DNA of 33,294 bases from positions 61,522,550 through 61,555,843 of the forward strand of contig NC_068985.1 of NCBI RefSeq assembly GCF_001194135.2, in the 5' to 3' direction. The DNA comes from Octopus bimaculoides. Taxonomy: Eukaryota. The notes beneath the pieces were generated by a model. It saw only the letters and a program-made list of their open reading frames with translations. It was not told the origin of the DNA and made no database searches. Below are positions 32,530 through 33,294 of the stretch, piece after piece. How positions within the stretch are numbered: the stretch's first letter is position 1; the number at the start of each line of letters is the position of its first letter. The position numbers and the translations under genes are program-made.

Positions 32530-33294
32530 CAGGGGTTGGACAAAATAATGGAAGCACCTAGCATTATAGCATCATAATTTTGAAATATCTATAAAACCGT
32601 CAAAAGCTTGTTTATTTTTATGTGTTTTGGTTTGTTGCTTAATATGTTTTGCTAAAATTGCTGTTTCTTTTCAGATATCATCAGAAAAAGGTAATTAAAA
32701 TTCATTAAAATAACAGATCTATCGGACTATCAAAGAGGTCAAATTGTTGGTGCTTGAATGGCAGGCGCTAGCGTAACGAAAGCAGTCGAAATGTTTGGTG
32801 TACCAAGAAGTAATGTCTCGAAAATAATGACAGCCTTTGAGAAAGAGGGAAAAACCTCCTCGTCGAAACAAAACTCCGGAAGAGAACCAAAACTTTCAGA
32901 TAGGGACCGTCGGACACTTATGCGAATTGTTTGAAAGGATCACAAAAGTACAGCTCCCCAAATTATTGCAGAGCTTAATGACCATCTCGAGAACTCAGTT
33001 TCCACAAAAATTGTTCGACGGGAGCTGCACAAAGCCGTATTTCACGGGAGGACTGTAATCAGAAAACCAAGACCACTACTTTCAAAAACAAACGTTGCAA
33101 AGCATTTAGAGTTGGTCCCATACAGAATTGTCCCTAGAGCAGTGGAAGAATGTTATTTTCTCGGACGAGTCATCCTTTACCTTATTTCCGACTACCGGCC
33201 GAGTATACCTGTCGAGACAGCCAAGAGAAGCATTTGACCCAGGCTGCCTTCTTCCAACTGTTAAAGATGGAAGAGAATCCGTGATGATCTGGGG
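32530..33294 (+). mobile_element. Tc1/mariner transposon, left end and disrupted transposase (continues beyond the window)
   Basis: TA|CAGGGGTTGGACAAAATAATGGAAGCACC left TIR. From 32710 (ATG mutated to ATA): TDLSDYQRGQIVGA*MAGASVTKAVEMFGV..SGREPKLSDRDRRTL (HTH and GRPR-like motif), and KNVIFSDESSF..VMIWG (first D of the DDE triad). In-frame TGA at 32755 plus frameshifts. Confidence 0.95.

Overview
AT-rich, microsatellite-dense eukaryotic (metazoan) DNA from a gapped draft assembly. N-runs lie at about 1705-1714, 1989-2828, 4234-4313, 4854-5523, 8121-8130, 8829-9623, 10536-11344, 23040-23226 and 24035-24176. The repeat landscape looks to me like an octopus/cephalopod genome (inference from recalled repeat families, not verified). 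I find no intact host gene, tRNA/rRNA gene or CRISPR array. The window is intergenic or intronic and is filled with decayed transposable elements: RTE-clade LINE pieces, two R4/Dong-like RLE retrotransposons, the 5' part of an L1/Tx1-like element, a CR1-like relic, an internally deleted hAT, a Tc1/mariner running off the right edge, and several tRNA-derived SINEs. The most striking structure is a cluster of three related non-autonomous foldback DNA elements (22488-23631, 23662-24531, 26656-27232). Each has GGATC termini and its own perfect 8-bp target-site duplication (Merlin-like hallmarks), and each carries TTAGGG/CCCTAA telomeric repeats at its centre; one has a perfect inverted (TAACCC)3-TA-(GGGTTA)6 junction. 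Other long inverted repeats occur at 3247-4233, 4420-5725 and 8624-8828; the last has a hammerhead-ribozyme-like core at its axis. All alignments and translations were done by eye, so boundaries without TSDs are approximate.
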